A DNA stretch of 64,000 nucleotides from Candidatus Omnitrophota bacterium (GTDB lineage: Bacteria; Omnitrophota; Gorgyraeia; Gygaellales; Profunditerraquicolaceae). A program made the position numbers and the translations under genes. The stretch covers positions 62,612-126,611 of the forward strand of contig JAPLLW010000012.1 in NCBI GenBank assembly GCA_026387355.1. Direction: 5' to 3'. Shown here in pieces: positions 7,703-15,929 of this stretch. Under the pieces are notes generated by a model. That model was given only the letters and a program-made list of their open reading frames with translations, had not been told where the DNA came from and searched no databases. Position 1 is the stretch's first letter, and each line of letters starts with the position of its first letter.

Positions 7703-9786
7703 GAGTGCTGCAAATATTACCGGAACTTAATGTCGGGGGTGTTGAAACCGGGACACTGGACCTGGCTAAATACTTAGTGCGTCAGGGCCATCATGCAGTA
7801 GTAGTTTCGGCAGGAGGTGTTTTGGTCAAAGATTTAGAGGCACTGGGAGCTGTGCATTATCAATTACCGGTGCATAAGAAATCGCTATTTACCATGTTTA
7901 AGGCTATAGCGCCACTTGCGGAGATTATAAAAAAAGAAAAGATTGATATTGTGCATGCTCGATCGCGAGTTCCTGCCTGGATAGCTTATTTTGCTGCTCG
8001 AAAATGCAAGGTTGTTTTTATAACTACCTGTCATGGTTATTATAAAATGCATCCTTTTAGCTATGTTATGGGCTGGGCAAAAAGAGTAATTGTTTTGAGT
8101 AATATAATTGCCCGACATATGATCGATGATTTTAGCGTGCCGCATGAACGTATAAAGTTAGTCCCGCGAAGTGTAGATCTGGAGAAGTTTAAATATTTGA
8201 GTCCGGATAAGAAGCGGGGTAAAGAATTTAATATCGGTCTTATCGGTAGGATTACTCCTTTAAAGGGCCATCTTTATTTTATCAAGGCTATGGCTAAGGT
8301 GGCTAGAGTCGTGCCTACATTAAAAATCTGGATAGTGGGAGATGCGCCTAGTTCGCGTCAGGCATATAAAGAACAGGTCCAGGTTTTAACCAGGAGATTG
8401 GGACTTGATCATTGCACGGAGTTTCTGGGGACACAAAGGAATATTCCTGAGATCCTTTCGCATCTGGACCTGGTAGTTTTAGCTACCACAACTCATGAAG
8501 CATTCGGCAGGGTGATTATTGAGGCCCAGGCAGCAGGCGTTCCTGTGGTAGCAACCGAAGTAGGTGGTGTTGTAGATATTATTGAGAATGGTCGCACAGG
8601 TTTACTTGTTCCTCCTGCGGATGCGCAAGGGATGGCGGATGCGGTTGTTAAGATATTCAAGGATCCGTCTCTTGCTCGCGATTTTGCTGAGGCAGCGTAT
8701 AAAAAGGTTAAGGATAAATATAATATTGAATTGATGGTCAAGAATACGCTAGCTGTTTACGAAGAGGCCTTGAGTAACTTCAAGCTGCTCATTATAAAGC
8801 TCAGCTCTTTAGGAGATATTATTTTATCTACCGCAAGTTTAAGAGCGATAAGAGAAAGATTCCCGCATCATAAAGTGAGTCTTTTGGTAGGAGAGGAGTC
8901 CAAAGAAGTATTATTCAGATGCCCATATATAGATGAACTTTTAGTAGTTGATCTTAAAGATAAGGATAAGGGGCTAAAGGGTTTGCTAAGCATTGCCCGT
9001 ATTTTAAGAAAAAAGAACTTTGATTTAGTTATTGATCTGCAGAATAACCGCGCAAGCCATATACTTTCCTTTCTTTCTTTATCCATCGATCGCTACGGCT
9101 ATGATAATAAAAAACTAAGTTTCTTACTTAACCATCGGATTAAGGATATTCTGCCGTTAGTTGATCCGGTAGCGCATCAGTTTAGATTGCTTAAGATGTT
9201 GGGGATAGATCTGAAGGATAACCGTTTAGAGTTGTGGCCAGCTAAAGAAGATGAAGATTATGTGGAGAATTTATTAAATACGCAATGGTTAAGTATTGAC
9301 CAGAAGATCATCGGCATAAATATAAGCGCAAGTAAGCGCTGGCTCACTAAGTATTGGGCCAAAGATAATATTGCGCGGTTGTGCGAGGAGCTGGGTTTAC
9401 GAAATATGCGCGTAGTACTTACCGGAACAGCTAGAGATTCCGCGGACGCTAAAGAGATTATCTCTATGATTAAGAATACAAAAATCATAAATGCCTGCGC
9501 TAAAACCAATGTAAATCAGCTAGCTTGTTTAATTAAAAGATGCTCAGTATATATCTCCGCTGATTCTTCACCTTTACATATTGCTGTAGCAGTAAAGGTT
9601 CCTGTAATCGCATTTTTCGGGCCGACTGATCCTAATAGACATATGCCTCCGGCAAGAGAGGCAATAGTTATTAAAAGGGACCTACCGTGCAGCCCGTGTT
9701 ATAAACCCAAATGCAAGGATAAGAAATGCATGAGTTTGATTACAGTTGAAGAAGTTTTAGGGGCGGTAGAAAAGCTATCAAAATGA
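7699..9786 (+). CDS. Bifunctional glycosyltransferase with an N-terminal GT4 domain and a C-terminal GT9 (LPS heptosyltransferase-like) domain
   Basis: The GT4 motif 'EAFGRVIIEAQAAGVPVVATEVGG...GLLVPP' sits in residues ~1-350. From ~355, 'LLIIKLSSLGDIILSTASLRAIRERFPHHKVSLLVGEE' and the C-terminal 'SADSSPLHIAVAVKVPVIAFFGPTDP' are typical of WaaC/WaaF/WaaQ. Confidence 0.75.
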   Translation: MRVLQILPELNVGGVETGTLDLAKYLVRQGHHAVVVSAGGVLVKDLEALGAVHYQLPVHKKSLFTMFKAIAPLAEIIKKEKIDIVHARSRVPAWIAYFAARKCKVVFITTCHGYYKMHPFSYVMGWAKRVIVLSNIIARHMIDDFSVPHERIKLVPRSVDLEKFKYLSPDKKRGKEFNIGLIGRITPLKGHLYFIKAMAKVARVVPTLKIWIVGDAPSSRQAYKEQVQVLTRRLGLDHCTEFLGTQRNIPEILSHLDLVVLATTTHEAFGRVIIEAQAAGVPVVATEVGGVVDIIENGRTGLLVPPADAQGMADAVVKIFKDPSLARDFAEAAYKKVKDKYNIELMVKNTLAVYEEALSNFKLLIIKLSSLGDIILSTASLRAIRERFPHHKVSLLVGEESKEVLFRCPYIDELLVVDLKDKDKGLKGLLSIARILRKKNFDLVIDLQNNRASHILSFLSLSIDRYGYDNKKLSFLLNHRIKDILPLVDPVAHQFRLLKMLGIDLKDNRLELWPAKEDEDYVENLLNTQWLSIDQKIIGINISASKRWLTKYWAKDNIARLCEELGLRNMRVVLTGTARDSADAKEIISMIKNTKIINACAKTNVNQLACLIKRCSVYISADSSPLHIAVAVKVPVIAFFGPTDPNRHMPPAREAIVIKRDLPCSPCYKPKCKDKKCMSLITVEEVLGAVEKLSK

Positions 9787-9859
9787 CCCCGTACCTACGT
9801 ATAATTCAGTCATTAAAGGCAGGGGGTTCTAATAAGTTAATTAAAAAAGTAGGTGCGGG

Positions 9860-10957
9860 GTGAAAATTCTTTTTATAATTAATCATCTTAATGTCGGAGG
9901 GATTACCAGCTATTCTCTGACTTTGGCAAAGGGCCTAAAGGCAGCCGGGCATGGTGTATATTGCGCGACTTACGCAGGAGAACTATTACCTAAATTTAAG
10001 GAAGCAGGAGTAGTTTACATGCATATACCAATAAAGACAAAGAAAGAAATTAATCCTAAAATATTATATAGCGTTTTTAAATTATCTAAAATAATAAAAG
10101 CAGAGAAAATTGATATTGTGCATACACATAGCCGGACGACTCAGGTTTTAGGGAGTCTGTTGCAGTGGTTTACCGGAGTAAAGCATGTTTTTACTTGTCA
10201 CGGTTTTTTTAAAAGCAGAATTTTACGTAGGCTATTCCCTTGTTGGGGGGATAAAATAATCGCTGTAAGTCAGCAAGTTAAAGATCACTTGGTTCAAGAT
10301 TTCAAAGTAAGCGATAAAAAAATAGTTGTTATAAATAACGGAATAGATGCGGATAGGTTTATTGGAGAGCTAAGTAAGACCAAGGACGAGATAAGGCAAG
10401 AGCTAGGATTAAACCATGGTCCTTTAGTTGGAATTATTGCCAGGCTTTCGGATGTTAAGGGGCATAAGTATCTTATTGAAGCAATGAAAGTAGTCTTAGA
10501 AAAGGCTCCTTCTGCGCAATTAGTAATTATAGGCGAAGGCAAGATGCAGGAAGAATTAAAAAACCTGACTATGGGGATAGGAATCAGTAAAAGCGTAATC
10601 TTTATCCAGCAGACATCTAATATGCAAGAGGCTTTGTCTGTTATGGATGTATTCGTAATGCCTTCATTGCAGGAAGGTTTAGGCCTTGCGCTTATGGAGG
10701 CAATGGCTTCTGGACTAAGTGTTGTTGGTTCAAATGTGGGTGGGATCAAAACTTTGATTGAGCATGGGCGCAATGGTTTATTAGTTGAGCCTGCTGATTC
10801 ACAGGGGCTAGCTTGCGCGATATCCAAGTTATTAGACGACGTATCCTTAAGGGAGAGATTAGGCATAGAGGCACGTAAGTTTATCCAGAATAATTTCTCT
10901 CAAAAGAAGATGGTTGATCAAACACTGGAGGTTTATGCGTCATGTTTAAGAGAATAA
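9860..10957 (+). CDS. Glycosyltransferase family 4 (WaaG/RfaG-like)
   Basis: The ORF has a GTG start. 'ILFIINHLNVGGITSY' and the C-terminal 'QEGLGLALMEAMASGLSVVGSNVGG...NGLLVEP' are typical of GT4. Confidence 0.85.
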   Translation: MKILFIINHLNVGGITSYSLTLAKGLKAAGHGVYCATYAGELLPKFKEAGVVYMHIPIKTKKEINPKILYSVFKLSKIIKAEKIDIVHTHSRTTQVLGSLLQWFTGVKHVFTCHGFFKSRILRRLFPCWGDKIIAVSQQVKDHLVQDFKVSDKKIVVINNGIDADRFIGELSKTKDEIRQELGLNHGPLVGIIARLSDVKGHKYLIEAMKVVLEKAPSAQLVIIGEGKMQEELKNLTMGIGISKSVIFIQQTSNMQEALSVMDVFVMPSLQEGLGLALMEAMASGLSVVGSNVGGIKTLIEHGRNGLLVEPADSQGLACAISKLLDDVSLRERLGIEARKFIQNNFSQKKMVDQTLEVYASCLRE

Positions 10958-11727
10958 GATTAATAGTAAGTGCCTGTTTGATTATTGTGTTTGTAGTATC
11001 AATCGGGTATCTACGCAGCATACGCACAGTTACGGTTATTACATATCATTCAATCGCGGCGATTGCGGATGAGGATGACCGGTTAACAGTTTTACCTAAG
11101 TCATTTAACCGGCAAATGCAGTTTTTAAAAGATCATAAATACAATGTTATCTCTTTAGAGAGACTGGGGGAACTTATTAAGTCTAAAAAAGCCCCTGATA
11201 AAACTATTGCCATAACCTTTGATGACGGCTTTAAGGATAATTATCTTTATGCCTATCCTGTTTTAAAGAGGTTAAATTTTCCAGCGACCATATTTATTAT
11301 TGTAGATAAGGTTGGTAGTTCAGGCAAGCGTTTGACTTGGGAGGAGATTAAGGAGATGCAGGGATCTGGTTTAATTACTTTTGGTAGCCATACCTTAAGT
11401 CATCCATATTTAACTGAAATTAATTCCGAGGCTGAGCTAAAAAGGCAAATCTTTGATTCTAAAAAGATTCTCGAGCAGAAATTAGGGGTTCCAGTAGATG
11501 TATTTTGTTATCCTTCCGGTAGATTTAATGCACATATTAAAGATTTGGTAGTCCAGGCAGGTTATAAGTTTGCCGTAGGGACAACTTTGGGGAAGAGGTT
11601 TTCTAATTTCGATCCATATTTAATTAAAAGAGTACGTATTTCTGCAAGTTCGGATAATCTAATTGATTTTTGGGCAAGGGTGAGCGGTTATTATAATTCA
11701 TTTCGGAAGCACAGCCGTACAAATTAA
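10942..11727 (+). CDS. Polysaccharide deacetylase (NodB homology domain), membrane-anchored
   Basis: There is an N-terminal TM helix. 'AITFDDGFKDNY' matches the NodB motif 1 (TFDDG), followed by 'HTLSHPYL'. Confidence 0.8.
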   Translation: MFKRIRLIVSACLIIVFVVSIGYLRSIRTVTVITYHSIAAIADEDDRLTVLPKSFNRQMQFLKDHKYNVISLERLGELIKSKKAPDKTIAITFDDGFKDNYLYAYPVLKRLNFPATIFIIVDKVGSSGKRLTWEEIKEMQGSGLITFGSHTLSHPYLTEINSEAELKRQIFDSKKILEQKLGVPVDVFCYPSGRFNAHIKDLVVQAGYKFAVGTTLGKRFSNFDPYLIKRVRISASSDNLIDFWARVSGYYNSFRKHSRTN

Positions 11728-12770
11728 TGAGTAAAGAGCATTCTGCTAAACGCATCCTTATTTTTAATGTTAATTGGCTAGGAGATGTTTTATTCTCTAC
11801 CGCTGTAATTAGAAATGTTCGACGTAATTTCCCGCATAGTTTTATTGCCTGCGTAATACCCAGCAGGTGCTATCCGGTGCTAAAAGGTAATCCGCATTTA
11901 GACGAAATAATTATCTTTGACGAAAAAGACCGGCATAGAAATGTCCTTCAGCGTTTAGATTTTATTCGCATACTTAAGGCTAAGAAATTTGATATTGCTT
12001 ATTTATTGCACCGTTCTTTCAGCCGCGCCTTAATCTGCAGGCTTGCGGGTATCCCTGAAAGGATAGGGCACCATACAAAGAAGAGAGGCTTTCTACTTAC
12101 AAAAAAAATCATACCTCCGCATAGAGATTCTTTGCATCGTATAGATTATTATTTGGATGTTATTGAAAAGGCGGGTTTAAAGATTGAAGACAGGTTTGCG
12201 GAATTCTTTTTTGGAAATGAGGACTTAGAATTCGTTGAAAAATTCTTAAGCAAGAATACGGTAGCAAAGGAAGATTTTGTAGTTGTGCTGAATCCTGGAG
12301 GAAACTGGTTGGCTAAGCGTTGGCCAAAAGATCATTGGGCGCGTCTTGCGGACAAATTAATACATGATTTCAAAGCCAAAGTGGTACTTACCGGTTCCCA
12401 TAATGATATATCTTTGGCTAAACATATCCAGGATGAGATGGTAAATAAGCCGATAATTGCCTGTGGAGTATTTAATTTAAAACAGCTTGGGGCATTAGCT
12501 AAGAGAGCGGATATATTTATTACTGCTGATACAGGGCCTTTGCATATTGCCAATAGCGTAGGTGCAAAGAAGATTATTGCAATCTTCGGTCCGACCTCAA
12601 CCTTGATTACCGGGCCTTATCCTGTGAAAAATGTAGTCATTCTGCAAAAAGACGTAGGCTGCGTTATCCCTTGTTATGAAGTTAACTGTAAAGATAGCCG
12701 TTGCATGAAGGCAGTTACAGTAGATGACGTAATAAATCAAGTAAAGTTACTAAGACTTACCAATGGTTAA
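11727..12770 (+). CDS. Glycosyltransferase family 9 (ADP-heptose:LPS heptosyltransferase-like)
   Basis: 'ILIFNVNWLGDVLFSTAVIRNVRRNFP' and 'ITADTGPLHIANSVGAKKIIAIFGPT' are typical GT9 motifs. Confidence 0.85.
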   Translation: MSKEHSAKRILIFNVNWLGDVLFSTAVIRNVRRNFPHSFIACVIPSRCYPVLKGNPHLDEIIIFDEKDRHRNVLQRLDFIRILKAKKFDIAYLLHRSFSRALICRLAGIPERIGHHTKKRGFLLTKKIIPPHRDSLHRIDYYLDVIEKAGLKIEDRFAEFFFGNEDLEFVEKFLSKNTVAKEDFVVVLNPGGNWLAKRWPKDHWARLADKLIHDFKAKVVLTGSHNDISLAKHIQDEMVNKPIIACGVFNLKQLGALAKRADIFITADTGPLHIANSVGAKKIIAIFGPTSTLITGPYPVKNVVILQKDVGCVIPCYEVNCKDSRCMKAVTVDDVINQVKLLRLTNG

Positions 12771-14787
12771 TAAAATCTTATTTATAACATTAAGTAATAT
12801 CGGTGATGTAGTATTGACTTTGCCGGTCCTAGATTTCCTGCGTCAGAATTTTCCCAATGCTTCGATTAGCGTAATTTGCGGCGTTAGGCCAAAAGAGCTG
12901 TTTGTTAATAGCCCGTACATCAATAAGCTTATTGTCTACGATAAGTATGCTCACCTTGCGCAGAAGCTAGAATTATTTAATAATCTAAGAAGAGAAAATT
13001 TTGATTTGATAGTGGATTTACGTAACTCCTTTCTGGGAGCGATTTTGCCAACTAGGTTTAGGACTTCCCCATTCCTAATGATACCTAGGTATATACAACA
13101 TATGAAAGATAGGCATCTTTATAGAGTCAAGAGTTTACGGTTAGGGAATGAATTAGCTAAGCCCGTGGATAAAACTTTTAATATCGCTCGTGCCGATGAG
13201 GAGTTTATTAAAAAGATATTGCAAGAAAATAATATACGTGAAGACGATAGATTGGTAGTAGTTTCTGCCGGAGCCAGGAGTGGTAGCAAGAAATGGCCCA
13301 GGGAAAGATTTGTGCAATTAATTTTTAAGTTAGTAAATGAATTATCTGTGAAAATAATTCTGGTGGGGGATAAAGGAGATGTTGCGTTAAGCCAGTCTAT
13401 TGCTAAGGAGTTAAAAAGTCAAGTCCTGGACTTAAGCGGCAGAACAAACTTAGGTGCATTAGCTGCGCTTATAAAGAAATCTAACCTTTTAATATGTAAT
13501 GATAGTGCAGTAATGCATATTGCTAGCTATTTTGATATTCCGGTTGTAGCTATATTTGGAATTACCGATGATGAAAAATACGCCCCATGGTCACAAGATT
13601 CTTCTGTGGTAAAGAAAGAGATCTTCTGCAGACCGTGCGAAAAGGCTGTATGCAGATTTGGGACTTTAGAATGTCTATCCCGGGTGCAGGTTGACGATGT
13701 CTTTAGAGAGGTAAAAGACAGATTAGAGAAAAAAGTTATAAGTAAAATCCCGCAAGATCTTAAGCGTATATTAATTGTACGTACTGATAGAATCGGAGAT
13801 GTGCTTTTATCTACTCCTGTAATTAAGGCGATTAGAGAGAGATATCCAAATGCTTTTCTTGCGATGATGGTTTCTGCGTATGCCAGGGAGATTATCGAAG
13901 GCAATCCTTATTTAGACCAGGTGATTATTTATGATAAAGACACAAAGCATAAGACTTGGATAAGTTCAATTAAGTTTGCCAAAGATCTTAATAAAAAGAA
14001 GTTTGATCTAGCGCTAGTCTTACATCCGACTAACCGCGTGCATTTAATTACTTTCCTCGCTGGGGTTCCCAGGAGGATAGGGTTAAACCGGAAGTTAGGG
14101 TTTTTGCTTACTAGTAAGTCAACGCATACCAAACAATTCGGGGAAAAGCATGAGTTAGAATATAACCTTGGTTTATTAAATTTTCTAGGGATTAAAGCAG
14201 AAGATAAAAGATTGTATATGCCGATTAAAGAAGAATCTGAAAAGAAGATCGAAGAGATGTTTCAGTTTCAATGTTTATGGTCGAAAGATAAATTATTAGC
14301 AATTCATCCGGCTGCCAGCTGTCCTTCTAAGATTTGGCCGGTAGAACGTTTTGCTGAATTAGCCGAAAAATTAGCGCAAAAATACGGGTTTAAAGTTTTA
14401 ATTGTCGGCGCCCCAAATGAAATGGGGCTTGCCGAAGATTTAATTAAGCGCATACATATACCGGTGATTAATTTCGTAGGTAAGACATCGATTAGTCAAT
14501 TAGCCAGTTTATTAAAAAGATGTACACTTTTTATTTCAAATGATTCAGGCCCGGTGCATATTGCATCAGCCGTAGGTACGCCGGTAATCTCAATTTTCGG
14601 AAGGAATCAGGCAGGCTTGAGTCCTAAGCGTTGGGGGCCAGTGGGCCCTAAAGATAAATTCTTGCATAAAGAGGTTGGGTGCATTAAGTGTTTGGCTCAT
14701 AATTGCAAGAAGGAATTCGCCTGTCTTAAGGCGATAAGCGTTGAGGATGTGGTTGAAGCGGCTAGTGTAATTATTAATCAACATTAG
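12763..14787 (+). CDS. Tandem double GT9 heptosyltransferase-like protein (two complete GT9 domains in one polypeptide)
   Basis: Domain 1 has 'ILFITLSNIGDVVLTLPVLDFLRQNFP' and 'ICNDSAVMHIASYFDIPVVAIFG'. Domain 2 (from ~aa 335) has 'ILIVRTDRIGDVLLSTPVIKAIRERYP' and 'ISNDSGPVHIASAVGTPVISIFG'. Confidence 0.8.
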   Translation: MVNKILFITLSNIGDVVLTLPVLDFLRQNFPNASISVICGVRPKELFVNSPYINKLIVYDKYAHLAQKLELFNNLRRENFDLIVDLRNSFLGAILPTRFRTSPFLMIPRYIQHMKDRHLYRVKSLRLGNELAKPVDKTFNIARADEEFIKKILQENNIREDDRLVVVSAGARSGSKKWPRERFVQLIFKLVNELSVKIILVGDKGDVALSQSIAKELKSQVLDLSGRTNLGALAALIKKSNLLICNDSAVMHIASYFDIPVVAIFGITDDEKYAPWSQDSSVVKKEIFCRPCEKAVCRFGTLECLSRVQVDDVFREVKDRLEKKVISKIPQDLKRILIVRTDRIGDVLLSTPVIKAIRERYPNAFLAMMVSAYAREIIEGNPYLDQVIIYDKDTKHKTWISSIKFAKDLNKKKFDLALVLHPTNRVHLITFLAGVPRRIGLNRKLGFLLTSKSTHTKQFGEKHELEYNLGLLNFLGIKAEDKRLYMPIKEESEKKIEEMFQFQCLWSKDKLLAIHPAASCPSKIWPVERFAELAEKLAQKYGFKVLIVGAPNEMGLAEDLIKRIHIPVINFVGKTSISQLASLLKRCTLFISNDSGPVHIASAVGTPVISIFGRNQAGLSPKRWGPVGPKDKFLHKEVGCIKCLAHNCKKEFACLKAISVEDVVEAASVIINQH

Positions 14788-14937
14788 CGTCTCACCTTGT
14801 CTTGTTTCTCGCAGGGACGCTTGTTTTGCCCTAGCGTGGCAAAACTAAGCTCGGGTCGGCTGCGTCGCTCTCTGACACTAAGGTGACGGAACCATGCCCG
14901 CTCCTTGCCGACACGCCCTGCTCGAAATCAAGTCAAG
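14788..14937 (+). repeat. GC-rich ~150-bp intergenic repeat element, copy A (MITE-like, or a structured RNA), with imperfect terminal inverted repeats
   Basis: It is ~85% identical to 50766-50914. The left end 'CGTCTCACCTTGTCTTGTTTCTCGCAGG' and the right end 'CCTGCTCGAAATCAAGTCAAG' form an imperfect inverted repeat. An internal hairpin reads GTTTTGCC-ctagcgt-GGCAAAAC. It is sharply GC-rich in an AT-rich genome and starts 1 nt after the stop codon. Confidence 0.6.
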
Positions 14938-14999
14938 TTGAGGCGCATGAAATATCTAGTTGATTTAACAGTAAATTATGTTAAAATTATAGCTTCGCC

Positions 15000-15929
15000 A
15001 TGATTAACTTAAACAAAGTAAAGACATATTCAATTAAGACCCGTTTTAGCAAGGTAAAATCGACAGATTTTGCCAAGATACCGGCTAAGGGGAGGAGTTT
15101 CTCTAGCTTTATGGATTCCCTTCCTAATATCTTAAAGGCTAAGGAGATACACTCTATTGTTGAAAGCATAGTTAAGGCTCGAAAGCAGAAGAAAGCCGTG
15201 ATCTTAATGGCTGGCGCGCATGTGATAAAATGCGGGCTGAATCCGGTGATAATTGAGCTGATTAAAAAGAAGGTTATTACTTGCGTATGCCTTAACGGAG
15301 CCGGTATAATCCATGATTTTGAACTAACCCTTCAGGGGAAGACTTCTGAAGATGTTGCGGAGAATTTAAAAACCGGTAAATTCGGGATGGGCCGGGAGAC
15401 CGCCGATTTCTTAAATAACGCTGTTGTCGACGGAGTAGCTGATGGCTTAGGCTTAGGTTATGCAGTAGCCAAGAAGATAGATGAAACAAAATTGCCGCAT
15501 AAAAACCTAAGTTTATTGCTAGCAGCTTATAAGCAGAAGATCCCGCTTTGCGTATTTGTGGCTATCGGAACAGACATTATCCACCAGCATCCTTCTTTTG
15601 ATGCCGGGCTTACTGCCGAAGGTTCCCAGCGCGATTTTTATACTTTAGTAGAGCATATAAGTTCACTTAATAATGGCGGAGTGGTTTTAAATTTTGGTTC
15701 AACGGTAATTATGCCGGAGGTATTCCTTAAGGCGCTTAATCTTGCGCGCAATCTTGGTGGAAAAGTGAAAGATTTTACTACTGCAAATTTTGATATGATT
15801 CACCACTACCGGCCGCAGCAGAATGTAGTGACGCGACCGGTTCTATCCGGCGGTAAAGGTTATTATATTATCGGTCACCACGAAATAATGCTCCCGCTTT
15901 TAGCGCAGGCAGTAACGGAGAGGTTATGA
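15000..15929 (+). CDS. Deoxyhypusine synthase-like protein (DHS family, NAD-binding fold)
   Basis: The pattern 'VILMAGAHVIKCG..LNPVIIELIKKKVITCVCLNGAGIIHDF' parallels the DHS core 'IFLGYTSNLISSG..VDVLVTTAGGVEEDL'. A weaker C-terminal similarity 'GVVLNFGSTVI' is also present. The call rests on recalled motifs only. Confidence 0.45.
   Translation: MINLNKVKTYSIKTRFSKVKSTDFAKIPAKGRSFSSFMDSLPNILKAKEIHSIVESIVKARKQKKAVILMAGAHVIKCGLNPVIIELIKKKVITCVCLNGAGIIHDFELTLQGKTSEDVAENLKTGKFGMGRETADFLNNAVVDGVADGLGLGYAVAKKIDETKLPHKNLSLLLAAYKQKIPLCVFVAIGTDIIHQHPSFDAGLTAEGSQRDFYTLVEHISSLNNGGVVLNFGSTVIMPEVFLKALNLARNLGGKVKDFTTANFDMIHHYRPQQNVVTRPVLSGGKGYYIIGHHEIMLPLLAQAVTERL

Noticed and set aside
10294-10866. 190-aa minus-strand ORF antisense to the GT4 gene
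   Set aside because: Ser/Pro/Thr/Cys-rich, low-complexity translation with no domain signature. It overlaps a confidently assigned GT4 CDS.
14788-14937. The possibility that the GC-rich elements are tRNA, tmRNA, RNase P, SRP or 6S RNA, or a preQ1 riboswitch ahead of queH/tgt
   Set aside because: No cloverleaf. No match to the consensus cores of these RNAs, such as the SRP 'AGGUCCGGAAGGAAGCAGC' motif, the RNase P 'GGAAAGUCCGGGCUCC' P4 region or the preQ1-I pseudoknot. The shared termini also occur in both orientations and bound different cores, which fits a repeat family better than a single RNA gene.
14946-14999. Possible promoter (TTGATT ... AAAATT) between repeat A and the DHS-like gene
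   Set aside because: The -10 is too weak and ambiguous to call from sequence alone. The AT-rich tract may simply be the downstream flank of the repeat.
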